Assembly: GCA_002633005.1 (NCBI GenBank)
Contig: NMRA01000159.1
Location: 701,520 to 765,333 of the forward strand
Direction: 5' to 3'
Origin: Phoronis australis
Lineage: Eukaryota; Animalia; Phoronida
Length of the DNA: 63,814 bases
Positions 48,762 to 63,624 of the stretch are shown piece by piece. The notes under the pieces are model-generated. The model searched no databases. It saw only the letters and a program-made list of their open reading frames with translations, and had not been told where the DNA came from. How positions within the stretch are numbered: the stretch's first letter is position 1; every line of letters starts with the position of its first letter. The position numbers were made by a program, and so were the translations under genes.

Positions 48762-51700
48762 TAACCTGGTTCCCGGGCCTCACAAGATGACGTCACTGAT
48801 AACTTGTGAAGGCCCAGGTACAGGGCACTAGAACGATGGTTTTCATTGGCTGTCAGCTGGCAATTTTTAACCAGGAAGTTGACGTGCGTATGCTTATATC
48901 CGGTAATACGTTATCAGATCGCTAGGTGTCGCGAGAGTAAAAGTTATTTTTTGGGTTGCGTTTGCGGCCCGGTGAAACTCTCTGGTGATGTAGCTGTTTA
49001 TATTGTTATTTTATCAACAGACTGAGCTGAAATTCACGTAATTATCGCGCATCGATTCCTTATTATGGAAATAAATCTGAATTAAAAATGGCTTCGCTCT
49101 TTTCATTTGGCTTTTTCAGTTTCAGTATTTGAACACTTTATATGAATTGAAAACGTCACTTGCAGGGGCGGATCCAGGATTTTGAGCTGTGGGGAGAGGG
49201 CAGGGGCAAGGGCGGAGTATTTTGACCGTCAGACATTCACACCCGCAACTGAACTGCCAAATGGAATCTAGCCTAGACAGGGCCATGGCCCCCTTGCTGT
49301 CGACCCCCCCCCCTAAATCCGTCACTGTACAGTGTTACAGTATACACATCATTCACTCCCTAGAACACTACAATTTCCGACCCTTCAGGTAACCACAATT
49401 TTCGAGTTACACCCCTCCCCACGTTGCCATAATTTTTTCATCCCATTTCCCTCTTTGAGTTGGGACCCCGCACAACTTGAGGGAAGTCATTCAGATCATC
49501 TTGGGTATATTCGGAGCATTAAATTTCTCCTTTAAGGTGAAGTTAACCTGCGTGACTTTCAAACTTAGTGGAGAATGATTGGCCATAATGACCAAAAGTT
49601 CGAGCATGCACTGAAAACAGTTACTTCCACGGGCATCCAGAACACCTCGGGTGTTTTCGTAACCTCAAATTTCACCCAATAGGTGAACACTTCCTGCATG
49701 TGTGCGGACTCCAGTTAGCCTATTTCTCAAGACTGAAAATCACGTGACTTGCCATATTTTAGATAAAGTTCATCTTCGAGAGGATGTTTTAGGCTACGAA
49801 AATACCCGAAGTGTTTTGAAGAAAAGTTTGTAAATAGGTAAATAGCCGACGTGCTCTAGATGTTCCGAGGGTAAATTTGTAGCTAGGAAAATACCGGATA
49901 TGTGTCCCAAATGGGCCCTAAGCTTTAGTTTTATGCATAATCTGGTAATAGAAGAATCTCCAACCATTTAGACAGTGGCTAAAAAACATTAGGTTTGTAG
50001 TCCGAGGTTTGAAGTTCAATGTAGCCTAATGTTCCAAATGCACAATCTTTTCATAAGGGTTAATGCTAACAACTGAATCCTTTCATAGTAATTCTTGAAC
50101 AGCTGTCTTTTTCACCCATTAAGCTTGAAGAAGTCGGCTTAGAGATTCCTGTTGTCAAAAATGAGTCTGGTGTACAAAGTTTTAAAAATACAGGTATCAT
50201 ATTAAAACCCCTTCTGCAGTAGGAAAAATGTACCATTTGCAGTGTTTTTAACTTCCAGAGTGCAACCCATTGTATTCATGGGAAAAGGTTTGCTTTGGCA
50301 GGGATTTTTTCAAGCACCATTTTGAAGAGAAATTGTTCGAGAAAACTCACCCAGCTAGGTGTCATGTCCGGTATACATGTAAACCTGTAGGAGTATCCCC
50401 TGGAATGGTTTTAGGAGGGTACTCTGAAAGCCCAATGATGGTGAAACAAACCCTATTCCTATAAACCTAACAATGTGGGTTGAACATCATGGAAAGTACA
50501 AGCGCAATTGGTGATTTCAGAATGCGCTTGTGAGAGGATGTCTTCTGGCTTCCAGATTTCCTTTCAATTAAATTCCTTAAAGTTGTTTTGTATGCGTCTT
50601 GTGTGAAAAAGAATATAGTTTTGATCTGAACAACTTACCACTATATACAGGAATTGGAATGACTAAAAGAAGAAAAATTTCCAGGTGATCAATCGTTTCA
50701 CAAATAGGCTTGTGAGATAGAAATATTTTTTGTGTTGTAAAATTTAAGTGGAATAAATGTTTTTGCATAAATCAAGTCAAAATAATGATAAAAAAGATGC
50801 TGGAAAACCAAAAAGAGGAAATAAAAACAAAAAATAGGAAATCCTCTTAAAAGAGGAAAATTCCAAGCCATGTTTCTATCCCTGTCTCAACTTGTTCCTT
50901 AGTGGACTTGGAAGAACTCAAACTTTGTTATTGCCCAAAGCCATAGTTATTGCACCAGGTCTTAAGCAATAACAAACTATCAGTTCAACGGAAGCCAATA
51001 TGCCACGTGTAATCTCATTAAGTAACAGTACGAGATCAAGAGTCTAACCACGAGCACACACGTGAAGATTGACAGCGGACACTAGTATCCAAATCCAACT
51101 GCTGGACATGCCAATCTTCATGCGAGCAATTGTGATTAGATTTTTGCTACTATTTTGGCCAAAAACAACATTGTTAGTACGAGACCAATCTTATATTGTT
51201 ACATGTTGGTTCTAAAAAGAGGTTGGATTAATAGCAGCTTGAAAATGGTACACTGTGTGTATAAGGAACTTAAAAGGGGTTCATTTTTTCAATACAGTTC
51301 ATTACAGATGTTTTCTTATTCTCCACAATGTATTTAAATGCTTTTTGGGCTAAACAGATTCTAGCCCAGTCTTGTATGGATTGATTTAAAACCCTGAAAA
51401 GGGATTATGTGATCATATTTTGGGAATACACCTATTGAGTGAAGTTTTCAATCCAAATCGAACTCAAAAGTGTTTTTGTCACTTGCAGTCTACTTTCTTG
51501 CGAGATCAAGATAGTGCTTAATGACCACTAGATTCGAACTAAAATTTGAGTAAAAATTTAAGATTTCTAGTAAAACCTCTAACTCAGACTCGAACTTTTA
51601 GCTCTAATGCTGGGATCATTTATTGCCACCAATAAGCACTCAAATATAGAATAAAAGAAACTTATCTCGAGTTCAAACAAAAGTAGAATTATTATAGAAA

Positions 51701-54211
51701 ATAACAAACAATCTTGAGTAAAAAGTTGAAACCCTGGACCCAGGTGTTACTTTCATAATGGTCTATGCTTTCACAAGGCAGTGAATGTGCAACTTGAGTG
51801 GAAGTCGGGTCTTTAATAACCTATTCCCCCAGCACCACTAGTGTAGTCAGAATTATTCAACAGAGGTTGCCAAACTTGAAATTTTTGGCGATCAATGATT
51901 GTGACTGTAATGACAGGCAACCTGGAGGCACTGCATGAACAGGGGACAGGGACAGAGGAGCTAGGCAAGCACAAAACTGAAATGAGTTTCTATCAGGGGA
52001 AGGATCTGCAATGAAGAGGGTGTAGCCTTGTTGTGCGCCCTATGGCTATGTTAATGCCCAGACTTACTACTTCAGTCTATCCTTAAACTAGACCACATTT
52101 CTAATCAATACATCAGAAAAATAAAGTTCCCAATGTTAGACAAATTTCTTATCATGTTGTGTGTTTTGTAGCTTATGAGTGTAATATTTCTAGGAACACA
52201 TTAATGACATCACGGTTTTTAATTTTGAGTCAACGTGAGGGTGTTTGCCAGTGCGAATGTTCTCAAGCATTTCACACTGCCCAACTCTTGCCACGAGGGG
52301 GCGCCCTCAATAAGAGTCAAATTTGTAATTTGTAAAGACCGAAACGTTGACTAAAATCACTGCTGTATTATATAGATCATAACCACAAGAATGAAACACT
52401 AGCATGTTGCTCAAAACACTGAGCAAAGCATAATGATAATAGTCGCATACAGGGGAGGAGCCCCACTTTGAGAACCAGTGTTTTCTACAGCATAACAAGA
52501 ACCAGTTTTTCACTGAATAGCAGGCGTTAAAACTTGTTCTCAAAATGCAGATAGCCATTGAGTGACTATTGCCTGGATAACAATCCAACCCACCTAACGC
52601 ACAAGAAACCGTCGATTTGGGTTAAGTGACCCAACTTAAAATCTTTGAAGTACCCTGACCTCCCAATTTTGATATGTGACATGTTTTTGCTACAAGTCAT
52701 TTCACCGAACCAGGTTTTTAAAGTTCGCTTGCCTACAAATTCTAACTCCAGGATGCTTTGATTACAGCGAACCATAGTAGTTTCTGAATGTTTTAGAATG
52801 GTTCTGGTTTTGCAATTAGAGTGAAATTAATAGCTGATTGTTGCAAACTGCAACACTTGACATCATGTGAACCTGGAAAGCAAAAAAATGAAACAGTCGA
52901 CGAGTCGGGGTCCAAGAGAGAGAGAACACTTGTATAGATTGCATATGACCAAATGTGCCGCTCTGACCAGTGACTCAGGCATTGCAAAAGTCACCCTGAA
53001 AGGGCGAATTTCCAAATAAATTCCACACAAAAATATTTACTTTTAGGTTTGAACTGTATAAAATGGTCCATTTTTGCGCCAAAACCACTGAATGTTTCAT
53101 ATACAACTGAGGCTTCTTGTGTTAAAAAGAATACAGTCCAGCTTTTTGATGAAATTCAATTCCCTGTAAATAATAACTTTGCATAATTTTATGTTATCAG
53201 AAAAGTGGACTATTCCATTGAGGCTCTAACCACCGTGAGGCACCTTTAACTAGCCCTCGACCATATACTATATTATTTAGTGAAAAGTTGAGGGCTGATC
53301 AAAAGTGGCTGTGCTCTAACCAAAATGGGTCAGTTTTAATGGCTGTGTCAACTCACAAAAGAGTGAGGTTTTATCTTGCTGATTATACTGAAGAGTGGGT
53401 ACAATCCTAATTTCACAGCAACAAACACACTCCGAAATAATTGAACACTCCGTGCGACTGTACGATGGCAGTCATTCCTGAATGACACCGCCAAAAGCGG
53501 CAATGTCAGTCATTATAAAACTATTACTAGACCACTTAATGTTTTTGTGTTTAGAACCATTGACTGCATTTTTATGCTCCTAACTTCTGTTAGTAGTGAC
53601 AAGTGTGCCAGTCTACTTATGCAGGTGAGTGACAATGAATAATAGCAGAATTTCAGCATATATCCTTATCTGACCAACTAGTTCAACCTTCACGGTATTC
53701 ACGGGAGCTTATATAACGTACATGAACATGTTAACATACGAGAGGGTGTACTCTGAAAAGATCGAGACAATCTCCCGTGGCCGCGACGCACTCAGCTACT
53801 CCTTTCCCACTATTCGGTGCCTAAAAGTAAAATGACTGTTGAGTGTTGGTGGCCTAATTTCTTCCACAAATTATTTAGTAGAAAGTCATATCACTTCAGA
53901 ATCCAGCATAGTATACAAGGCAATTATCATAAAATGTTTCGTATACGTCACTGGTGATGTATTCCTTGACTCGTTAGCTTTGAAATGCGGGAGTTTGATG
54001 AAAACAGAGAGACTTAAACGGCTGTAAATCCATCGACATTCTTTTACTGGAAGTCGCCATGTTGGTGAACTAGTTTGACCTATTATACAACTGATCAATA
54101 GAATGCCTTGTTTCTTGAAATCTTAACAGCCAATGAATGATATTCCAAGAATGCGGATGGAAAAGTGCCCTGTAGCAGACCCCAACCAATCTCGTGGGTC
54201 TGTGCAGACTA
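48762..54211. mobile_element. 5.45 kb non-autonomous AcademH-like DNA transposon with 9-bp TSD
   Basis: ACTTTCTTG at 48753-48761 and 54212-54220; single copy at empty site 10418-10426. Termini TAACCTG...CAGACTA, each with a subterminal hairpin. Confidence 0.8.
49163..49328. mobile_element. Short hAT-like MITE nested in the AcademH-like element
   Basis: CAGGGGCGGATCCAGGATTTT...CCCCCTAAATCCGTCACTG. Confidence 0.55.
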
Positions 54212-55518
54212 ACTTTCTTGCGCCGTCCACAGGCGATGTAATAAATTGCCTACCACCTTCCAAGTTGTTGACAACAGTGAATCTGTAGATGGCGTTGTTC
54301 GTCTATTTAACAGTGCTTTGTGCGACTTCCTAGCACATTTACGGTAAAATCCCCTCAATTTCGTACAAAATAATTTCCGAATTGTACTTCTTCATTTTTC
54401 AAGCTCTTCTAAAAATGTTGTGAATGTCCACAATTTTTCAAAATATTTTTTGTTGGTAGCTATAAAGACCTTTCTAAATATTACCTCATGAATATTAAGA
54501 GGAAATGCCAAAACGAGGCTTATACTGATAAACTACTTCATGCAGCCTCCCGCCTCTAGAAATTCTTGATCCACTAGGAGACGCTTAGCGCCATAGTGTC
54601 CCTAACCAATCATAACAACGCATAGGTAGGTTAAAGGTCAGGAGGCTTAGGCGCTAGTACCGTGAGCCCGAAGTCAGTGTGTAGTCTGCAGAGCAAAGTC
54701 AAGTTTACAATAACAGTATTTTGAATTTCTGGAATTCCACAGTCTACAGTATGACAGTGTTAGCTGGGTCATTGGGGACACAGCTCTCTGTTAACTTGTA
54801 CATATAACCAAAACAAAAGTGAACTGAACGCCAGCCAGCCGCATGTGCTTGCATTGGTTTAAGCGGGCTGCCAAAGCGTTTTTTGTTAATCTTCAGATGT
54901 TTGCCAATGCAAATTTGTTGTGTGGAATCCACTCCTAAGTAACAGCATTGAATTAAAACGAAGAACAACGTACTGTGGATCACAAAAAACGAAACAACAT
55001 TTTGAAGATAACTAGTATCAACTATATACTCACAGGCGAAATCTGAATAAAACTGTTTTATAAAATCCGACTTTTTTCAAACTTCGAATGTATTTCTAAT
55101 CGCATACCCGATGAAAAAATGAACATAACAGTTTCTTACCGATTCTGAGCTAATCTCTCAACTACAGAGTCAAGTTCCATTGCAAGACAGCCAGGCGATC
55201 GGCAACATTTCATCTCACAGCACTGTACGTGGATCCATTTTCTGAACACAAGAGACGTGGAAAAAATTTTGAAAAACAGCATGGAATTTGGATCAGCGAC
55301 CTCTGAGTACTCCTGGTAGTCACCTAGGCTATCGGCAAATCCGATGGCAAAATGAATTTAGCCACAAACGTGACTTCAAAATGAGCTATGCGCTCAAATA
55401 TTGGCTCCCGAACGATCGATCGTTAACATATAGGCCTGAACGGGGCAAACTTCTAACTTCAAGAGACGCGGAAAATTTTTCACCAATAACGCTGATATTT
55501 GGCACTAACAAGTCTTAA

Positions 55519-58500
55519 GTACTAGTCCACGAGAGCACCAGCCATGAGCGGCAAGGTGGGGGTCAGCCGATTTTCACCAAATTTGGCACATAGGTAGTCC
55601 TATGGGATCTATAAACAGCGGTAAAATATTTCCTCAAAATATTGCGTTTTTCTAAAGTTATAGGCTCAAACACATTTTACGGCTTCGCAGCCATGTTTTC
55701 ACGGTATAAAAACTGTCCAGTTTTAACTGTTCATATTTTTCCTTGAATGAAAGCTATTGATTTATTATTCACTGGGCATTGTTTAGTGGTGCCTGTAGAT
55801 TGTTACACAGATGTCTTGAAACACGATTCCGATTTACCACCATCATTTAGTGATTTTACTACACTCCCCCCCGTTATGCCATTTTGAGGTTGTGTTCAAT
55901 ACACTGCTGTACCAAATCTGCCCCCACTGTTATGAGAATGAAACTTAGCCAAAATGTTGACAAAACATGTTACTTTCATTTCATAAAATAAAAACTTTGT
56001 CAGCCAGTTTATTAGTTATATATTTTGGCACCTCAAATGTACTAAAATGAGAAATTTTCATATAACTGAAATCGATGCGTGAGCACCGTAAAATCCGATT
56101 GTCCTTCATGTTTTTCGATATTTTGCAACAAGTTAGTTCCTCCTGAATGTTTTGAACGTTTTACTACTGATCACTTAGGGCTATAGTACCCCTAAATACC
56201 ATACATGGCTCCATTTTGTAAAAAGCCGATTATGTCCTCCACAGTGAACAGGGTTAGACATGAACTCGACAAATGTAGGTTACATGTATTTTGATTTACA
56301 GTTGTTTTACTTTGCAATTTCCTCATGGGTATTTCTTCACACATATTCAAGTCAGATTTTCTGTTGATCAAATGTTCATGTAATGCATTGTAATATCAAA
56401 TGAATGACAAGTTAGGTTGCATGACCGCAATTTTTCCCACGACTTAAAACAAAAGACCGCAGAAATTTTCCTGACGAAATACCGGGTTTGCAGTTCTGTA
56501 AAAACATTCGAATGACAAGACAAACTCCACCACTGTCCATGGCAACTCGTCGCATGTTTTTCGCCCATCGGTCCTATCATTGTTTTCCTTTGTTGTGTCA
56601 TTGTTAGATGTAACAACACAGGTCGCATGGATATAGAACCTTGCGTACATCAGACCGTTGCCGATAAGTGCTCGTCATTATATCTTTATTATAACAACGG
56701 AAACAATGAAGATGCTAATCTATTGTTCTCTATGCGACCAGGTTTCCCGTGGATGACCACAGAAGAGGAATCCCAAAGTATCCACAAACAATGACCACGC
56801 ACCTTAGTAACTATTACCGCGCACACGAATCCTTTCCGTGGAACCTAAACACCAAATTTTTATATCCGTGTATTGTGTTGTATTGCTCATGGTACGGGTT
56901 CAGACTCTGTTGTATTAAGATTCCAGTCCCCAACCCTGTAATATGTACTTTGAGTAAAATTTCTAGACAATGCAGGTTTATGGATTTATTCTCCTTCAAA
57001 TGAAGAGTAAAAATCAAATTCTGCACAGGTTTTTTAAAAGTAATCACTTATTGGAAGATCACACATCTAAAAAATAAAACAATGTTTGACAATTTTATTC
57101 ATTATCTTATTTGAAAATTGCCTACCTCACAGACAACTCATCTAAGTTGAAAATATTCCTTGTGAAAAAATATAAAATACCAACCAGAGACTTGTGTACT
57201 ACAAAATATGTTTTCGTAATACAATGCAAAGATAACTGTACAGTCAAAAGTGCAAATGTTATGACTCTAATAAAAAATTGCCTTCTAGATCTTTTCAACA
57301 CTCTAATTGCTACAGGACAGAGTCAACCACACAAAGCTCATAAAGTCAGGGAATTACATTTAAGGTGATGTAGTCTCACTGCGAAAAAGTGATTTCGCAA
57401 TATCGCTGACAACACTGGAAATCTCTTCTTCACAAACTTGAGGTAGCTGTATTTACCACATCAATGTTCTTATCAAAACTAACCACCACAAAATGAAAAA
57501 TTGGCTTGTCGGTTCCAATTAGGCAGCATTTTACAATGAAATGGTCATGAAAAAATACTTTTGCAACATGGTTTGCATTACAATTGCCCTACGATTACAG
57601 TTGTACATACATACTAGACCAGTAACAAAATTACCCATGGGAACCATAAAATGGTCAATTCGCCAAAAAAACAAGGAGCCACCAGAGCTAATGTGCCAAT
57701 ACTTTTCAGTACTGCAACAAAAAATCATTTGAAGTGGACATAAACTCGCCTAAAATCACATAAAACAACTTTTGATTTAGACATTTTACCATCACGAAAT
57801 AGGTATTACTTCCAGGTCACTTTTGAGCAATTTCAGAACTTTGAAAGATCTGGCAATATGCAATTGCTAGAGACCAGACTAATAGTGTGTGATTTTATAC
57901 ACACAGCATGGTCTCAAGGAATAGCAAACTGTCAATTCGCTATAATTCCAGAAATCACTTCCCATCTGGATAAGGAACAAACTGAGCAAATTTTATAGAG
58001 GTAAATGGTCTAAATCAAAACTTATTACCTCCTGGACAGAATATGGGTTTACAACCCAGGCAGAAAGATAAGTTAACAAAACCAGCCTAACTGCAACAGG
58101 GTCTCAAATTTCAGTAATATATACCCATTTACAAACAAAAATCTATAATGGTAAATAAAATGCGGAAACATAAATTCAGATCAATTACGCATCTTCAAGG
58201 AAAAGGAATAGTACAGTGGTCAGAAATCATCTAAATGTGATGGCGACACTGAGAAATCCTGTCAGACCAAAAAATCCAGTGGCTAAACAAAATGAACAAT
58301 GTACCATTACCATGTGGCCCAGGATCATGATCCGTGCCTGGAGAAAAATTCAGTCTTAGACTAGGTAAATTTTAGATTTGTGCTGTTCACACAAGCAGTT
58401 CTGGTGCAAACAAAGCTTGCGACAACACACAAGCCTACTTCCCTACACAGCTGTGCTGATACAATAATGCCCCCACTGGATTTAGCAGATCAGCCAGAGT

Positions 58501-60550
58501 ATTTACAGGTCCAGCCACTGTACTGTTTCCTCCCTTTGAATTTTTACAATGCTACATCCTTGACAATCGCAGATTGCCTCTTTCTATGCATACTCCACTT
58601 CCTCTGTCCCAGTTTCCCCACATTTGCTGAAAGTGGCCTATCTCAACAAATTACTTTGGACCTGTTGTGGTATAAGCCAGTAATCTTTGGCAAATACTTT
58701 TTCCCCAACTCGTTCCTCAAGCTACAAATTCTCTTTGACATATCTTCTGGGAGTAGACTTTTCGGCCTCTCTCTAGCCCCCTCACTTAGTTGTCCAGAAG
58801 GGTACCTTCTTGCTGGTTGTGAACTTTTCCATACCCAACCTTTACTAATAATCGGCAAGTCTCCAACTTCAGCAGAAGCCACTTCTTCAGCATAAGCCTT
58901 TCCTGATTCCTAAAATTGTATTAATGAAAAATTAAACATATTAAATTTAATGTGGCCATTTCGGCTCACAAAATATGAATACCAAGCTAAAGTGAAGGCA
59001 CCAATATTTTTTACGGCTTTAGCATGTTTAATTAACTTCATAATTGCAGAAAATCATTGGTAGACAAAACATACTCCCTAGTCTCTAAAAGTAGTTCATG
59101 GGCAGAAGTCATGTTTCACATTTGGTGGTTGTTATGAAAAGTTATGATGACTACCTATTTTCTATGCCAATGTATACATGTAGTTGCATAAACATCAACA
59201 CATTTGAATAAGATATGATTAAGCAATAAGGCCCAAGTTATAAGCAATCACGGTGTGTCAATAAAAGTATTTTTGCATGAATGACGTGCTTCTAAAAATA
59301 TTCCTCAGGGTCAGACCCTGGAGTTTAGTGATTCCTACCTGAGCTCACACGAAGCAGGACGTTGAACCTTGACTTAACGTCTTTGGTCATTTTTCAGACC
59401 TCTATCAGATTTCTCCTCTAGTGTGCAGTGGATGTTCTAAGTGTCTTTGGCGACGCCAATATATCTCGAGTGTTGTAACGATGATTCGGGCAAGTGAACC
59501 TAATACGGTAGATTATGTAGCTCCTGCTGCACACAGTGCCTCCGAGGCAGACACTGAGACAGACTACTCAGGAGGACACGTTCCACCTCCACATCAGCTC
59601 CACGTACTCTTATAAGGTGCTCAAATGTCTCGCTCTATACCTTGTGTATTTCCCTAGAGTTTCCAAAGTTGTTTCTCCCCGCAATTTGTAGAAATACCAC
59701 ATTCGATGCGACTGGCAGTGCCAGATAAATAGATAAATTCGCAAACCCGCACTTTAGGTCAGCCATCATTCAACTAACGCATTGTAAGCTTTAGTTTGGT
59801 ATTCAGACGAATTGGATGAACAAATTTAGTATAATTTCATATTTTATTGGGAAATGCTAGTGTCCTTAAAATTAATTAAAAACATTTAAGCAAACCAATT
59901 GTTTTAATTGTTGTTTTATACCACGGCATATTAATGCGTAGAAACGGCGCACAACTAGTGACTGGTTTAACATGACAAATACACATACGCGGTCTGAAAA
60001 TAGTGAAATTCAGACACCTATTACCAAGCCTGCCTGAAGGGCTGACAAAGTTTTTATTGTATTAATTTCAAGGGCATGGAGTCTTCTACATGTCCATGTT
60101 ATTATTTTTAGTTTTCTCGCGGGGGCAGCTTCGCTATAAGGGTACAACTTACTGCTGGTTTTTCACAAGAAGGAAATGTACCTCCACGGAAACAGTTCCA
60201 GTGTTACCATGGTAACAGATATTGCAGTGTCGGTGCCGTTTTTACTGACATTGGTCATGAACCTATCATGTGATATCAAAATTGTTCAGAAACGATTCTG
60301 TTTGAAGCAGAAACTGGAGTAGAAAATTTGGTCAAAAATGACTCATTCCACAGCAAGAAATTGCCTCATTTTGCCCCCAAGAACACTTCCCATGTATCTC
60401 CTAAACCACCAAACTTTGTGGTGTCATACTTCACCCATTTTCTCTCATCCCTAATGTGATTTGTCAAGACTAAACATGTATCTGAATGGTTGACCCCCCA
60501 CCTTGCCGCTTTTTGGCTGTACAGTGGTCGGTGGATCCGTGGACTGATAC
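55519..60550 (+). mobile_element. TTAA-targeting DNA transposon, copy 2 (gap-free, 5032 bp)
   Basis: TTAA at 55515-55518 and 60551-60554. Same termini as copy 1 with different flanks. Confidence 0.88.
58600..58909 (-). pseudogene. Decayed transposase C-terminal exon (Sola3-like)
   Basis: tttag|ESGK...KGWVWKS...RY...KSLLPEDMSKRICSLRNELGKKYLP(frameshift)DYWLIPQQVQS resembles a GWALK...K..P..V...MR..R...G...F....L...QI.S motif I associate with Sola3 transposases. Confidence 0.45.
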
Positions 60551-63339
60551 TTAACATACACTCTATGTGACAGGCTATCGGCAAATTTTGTAGTTATCTC
60601 CCCTCACTTTTAAATTCCTATTCTTGTGTATTTTAAGGAGGGCTGCTGGCAAGATTTAGCGCATGCGCAGTAGTGCATATTACACATTTCTGGCGTAGGC
60701 TATGTGCTGGATGATCCACGGTGACCTTCCACTTGTTCCAAACATACATGTTACATTTAGCTTTGTGGAATCTTATTGTAAAAAGTCTTCATGTATTACA
60801 ATCAAAATTGTGTCTTGAGAGAACAACTTGAATGTATGCCAAGCTTTAATTACAATATACCGAGATATTTTATTCTTAACGCACGACAAAATCTATAACA
60901 ATTGCAACAACGATATTATTTACTTGACTAAACTAACAACATCAACACAGAGTATTGAAATGCACCCAACGGGGTGTTTATTAGCATTGAAAATGGCGCA
61001 AAATATGTCGAATGCCAGTGGAGAAAACCATGAAATCTGACTTTCCCCCGTGGAAAGGCATGCTTAGAACAGCATGTCGAGCATATTTAAGCATTTTATT
61101 TTAAATTACCTCGTTACTTGTCAACTGAAAAAAATCACTCTTAACAATTATTTATTTTTCCCATATTCATCTAAAATACTTGAAAACTGTCGAATACTTC
61201 ATCGATTACTATTTTTGCTTCCCAATATGGTTTCATGATACATCAGTCTACTGAATGGGCTATCATTGGACTTGTAGGCTTTGTTGAAATTTGCAATATT
61301 TCGACTATAGCGATATCATCCAATAACATCATTCATTTATCTAAGGCATCAACCATAAATTATACCTTTCTATTCTACAATATTACCATGGTGTTGAAAA
61401 GAAGAACTACAGAGGTTATATCCAGTTATTACCATACTAGGGGATGTTCTAAACACATTCTACTCCAGACTAATCTGCATTACAGCAATCGGAGGTGTTC
61501 CATAGGGATGATCGCTGGTGTTTTCATCCATGCTTGTTCGACCCAACCTTGAGATGCTGTGTACGCCATTTGTTCCAGTGATTTCAACTCAATTTTGTTG
61601 CCTCGTAACCTCTGCAGTGTCTCTGGCTTTCATCAAGTACATTATGTCACTCAATATTCACAAACCTAAAATATGAATGCCATTTCACTTTCCACAAAAA
61701 GGCATTTGTGATAACATTATTAGAATCTCAATTACGTTTTAAGTTGAACTTTTGCTCTTCTGCTCATGTATGAACAGACAGTTAAACTTGTGTTCAATAG
61801 TTTGAGAATGCGTATGACTGAAGGTGATGGCAGTTAAAACACCTACCAGTAGTTAAATATACAATACACTAATCTTATTTTGTGCCCAATAGTTACCATG
61901 CATTTAACCAAAATAAAAATTTGTTGTTCCTATTGTGAATCAAACAGTCAGAGAGCGATGTGAAAATTGACACAAACTTAAGTTTTACAGTCTCAGTTAA
62001 GTGATTATTTTGAAGGACTGGTAACATGTAACTTGACAATGTTTTGGAAACTAGTTGATTCTGGTCTCAACCCCAGTTCACTCATTTGAAATCTGTGCTG
62101 TACGTCTTTTCCCTAACCATAATAACCTCCAATTTGGCTGAATCAGTAATAAAATCAACTTCCTTTTGTTTGTAAGACCAAAACTACTGATTCATGAATA
62201 AAGTCTAAGTGATTTTACTTAACAATCACATCAATATGAATACAATTTTAAATTCAAACTCACATCCGTACAGTTCTTCAGTTATCCATGTAGAGTCTAG
62301 GCTGTACCAAAACCGTTTGAATTTGGTTCAAATTAAAGCTTATAGGTCACTTCCCAGGCATGTAACCTTGGCAACCACATGCTTTCCCTGATAACAGTCC
62401 CACCAGATCAACATGTGGCTGGGCTAGCATAATTTAAATAAACAATCAACAGCCCTAGAGGCATTAAACATTAATGTATTTCAAGAGGCATTCCTTGAAA
62501 ACTGTCCTAGCAGTTCAACATATAGCTGGGCTAGTATGATTAAAATGAACAATAACCCTAGAAGCATAAAACAATAATATAAGGACACTAGTGAAATTAA
62601 ATTTCTTATTTTTTCATAAATAATGTGGCAGTACCACAAGAATCCCGAGTCATATCAGAGTCCGTACCATAGCTGCTGACAGACAACATTTTGAAAAATT
62701 GTGAGTCTTCACAACAATGCTAAATGTCCTTGAAAAATCAAAATGAGTAATTTTTGGCAATTATTTTTGTCCGAAATTGGCAAAATTTTACTGTAGCTAC
62801 AGACTGGCAGCTGCCACCTGATTATGAGATAATTTCAAATGTTGGAAAAGTACAAATTGCTCTAAATGCTAATACTTGCACATTTGGTAAAACTGGATGA
62901 TATATTTGTGTATGGTTTGTATTGATATTTATTGTGCTTGTTTACACAACATGCAGGTAACACTGCCTTTGTTGTTTTAAAGCAATTTTATTAAATATTT
63001 TGCTGTACTGACTTTGACAGCAGTATGAAAGGAAAATGAAAACTTGTTAAGTATAGTGACTGAATAAAAGCAAAGAACATACAGATGCAGTTATCTTCTC
63101 TAGTGCTTTAGGTCGCATTTGGTCATCTTTGAGCATTTGCTGTTTTTAACAATGTAACTTACCAACAATAGGTCACATTTAGGTAAGTAATCTAAAATAA
63201 GTAACTGCCCTGCTTAGGTTCTGGGATTTGAGGTTTCTTTGAAATTTAGAAAATAAAAAACAATTTCACAATTTCTAACATTGTCACAATATTAATGCTA
63301 ACACTTTAAACATCGAAGTTTACGGCAAATTTTGTGCAA

Positions 63340-63620
63340 GCACTTTTTCACCTATTCTTGAGAACACTTTTCACCAATAAAGTTTCCTGTAACTTTCCCG
63401 CAAACACTTTTTCATCAATAAAGTTTCCTGCAACTTTCCCACAAACACTTTTTCACCAATAAAGTTTCCTGCAACTTTCCCGCAAACACTTTTTCACTAA
63501 TAAAGTTTCCTGCAACTTTCCCGCAAACACTTTTTAACCAATAAAGTTTCCTGCAACTTTCCCGCAAACACTTTTTCCCCAATAAAGTTTCCTGCAACTT
63601 TCCCGCAAACACTTTTTCAA
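63340..63620. repeat. 41-bp minisatellite, about 6.5 copies
   Basis: Unit AACACTTTTTCACCAATAAAGTTTCCTGCAACTTTCCCGCA, head-to-tail without spacers. Confidence 0.92.
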
Positions 63621-63624
63621 TCAC

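Noticed and set aside
54740-55290. PHD-like fragment (FFHVSCV) and neighbouring exon-like pieces on the minus strand
   Set aside because: Incomplete Cys/His pattern with stops; no coherent gene model.
58380-58895. 171-aa plus-strand ORF
   Set aside because: Antisense shadow of the minus-strand transposase-like remnant, with a non-ATG start.
63340-63620. CRISPR array
   Set aside because: Units are contiguous with no unique spacers, the context is eukaryotic, and there are no cas genes. The 127-aa ORF is only the repeat read through.
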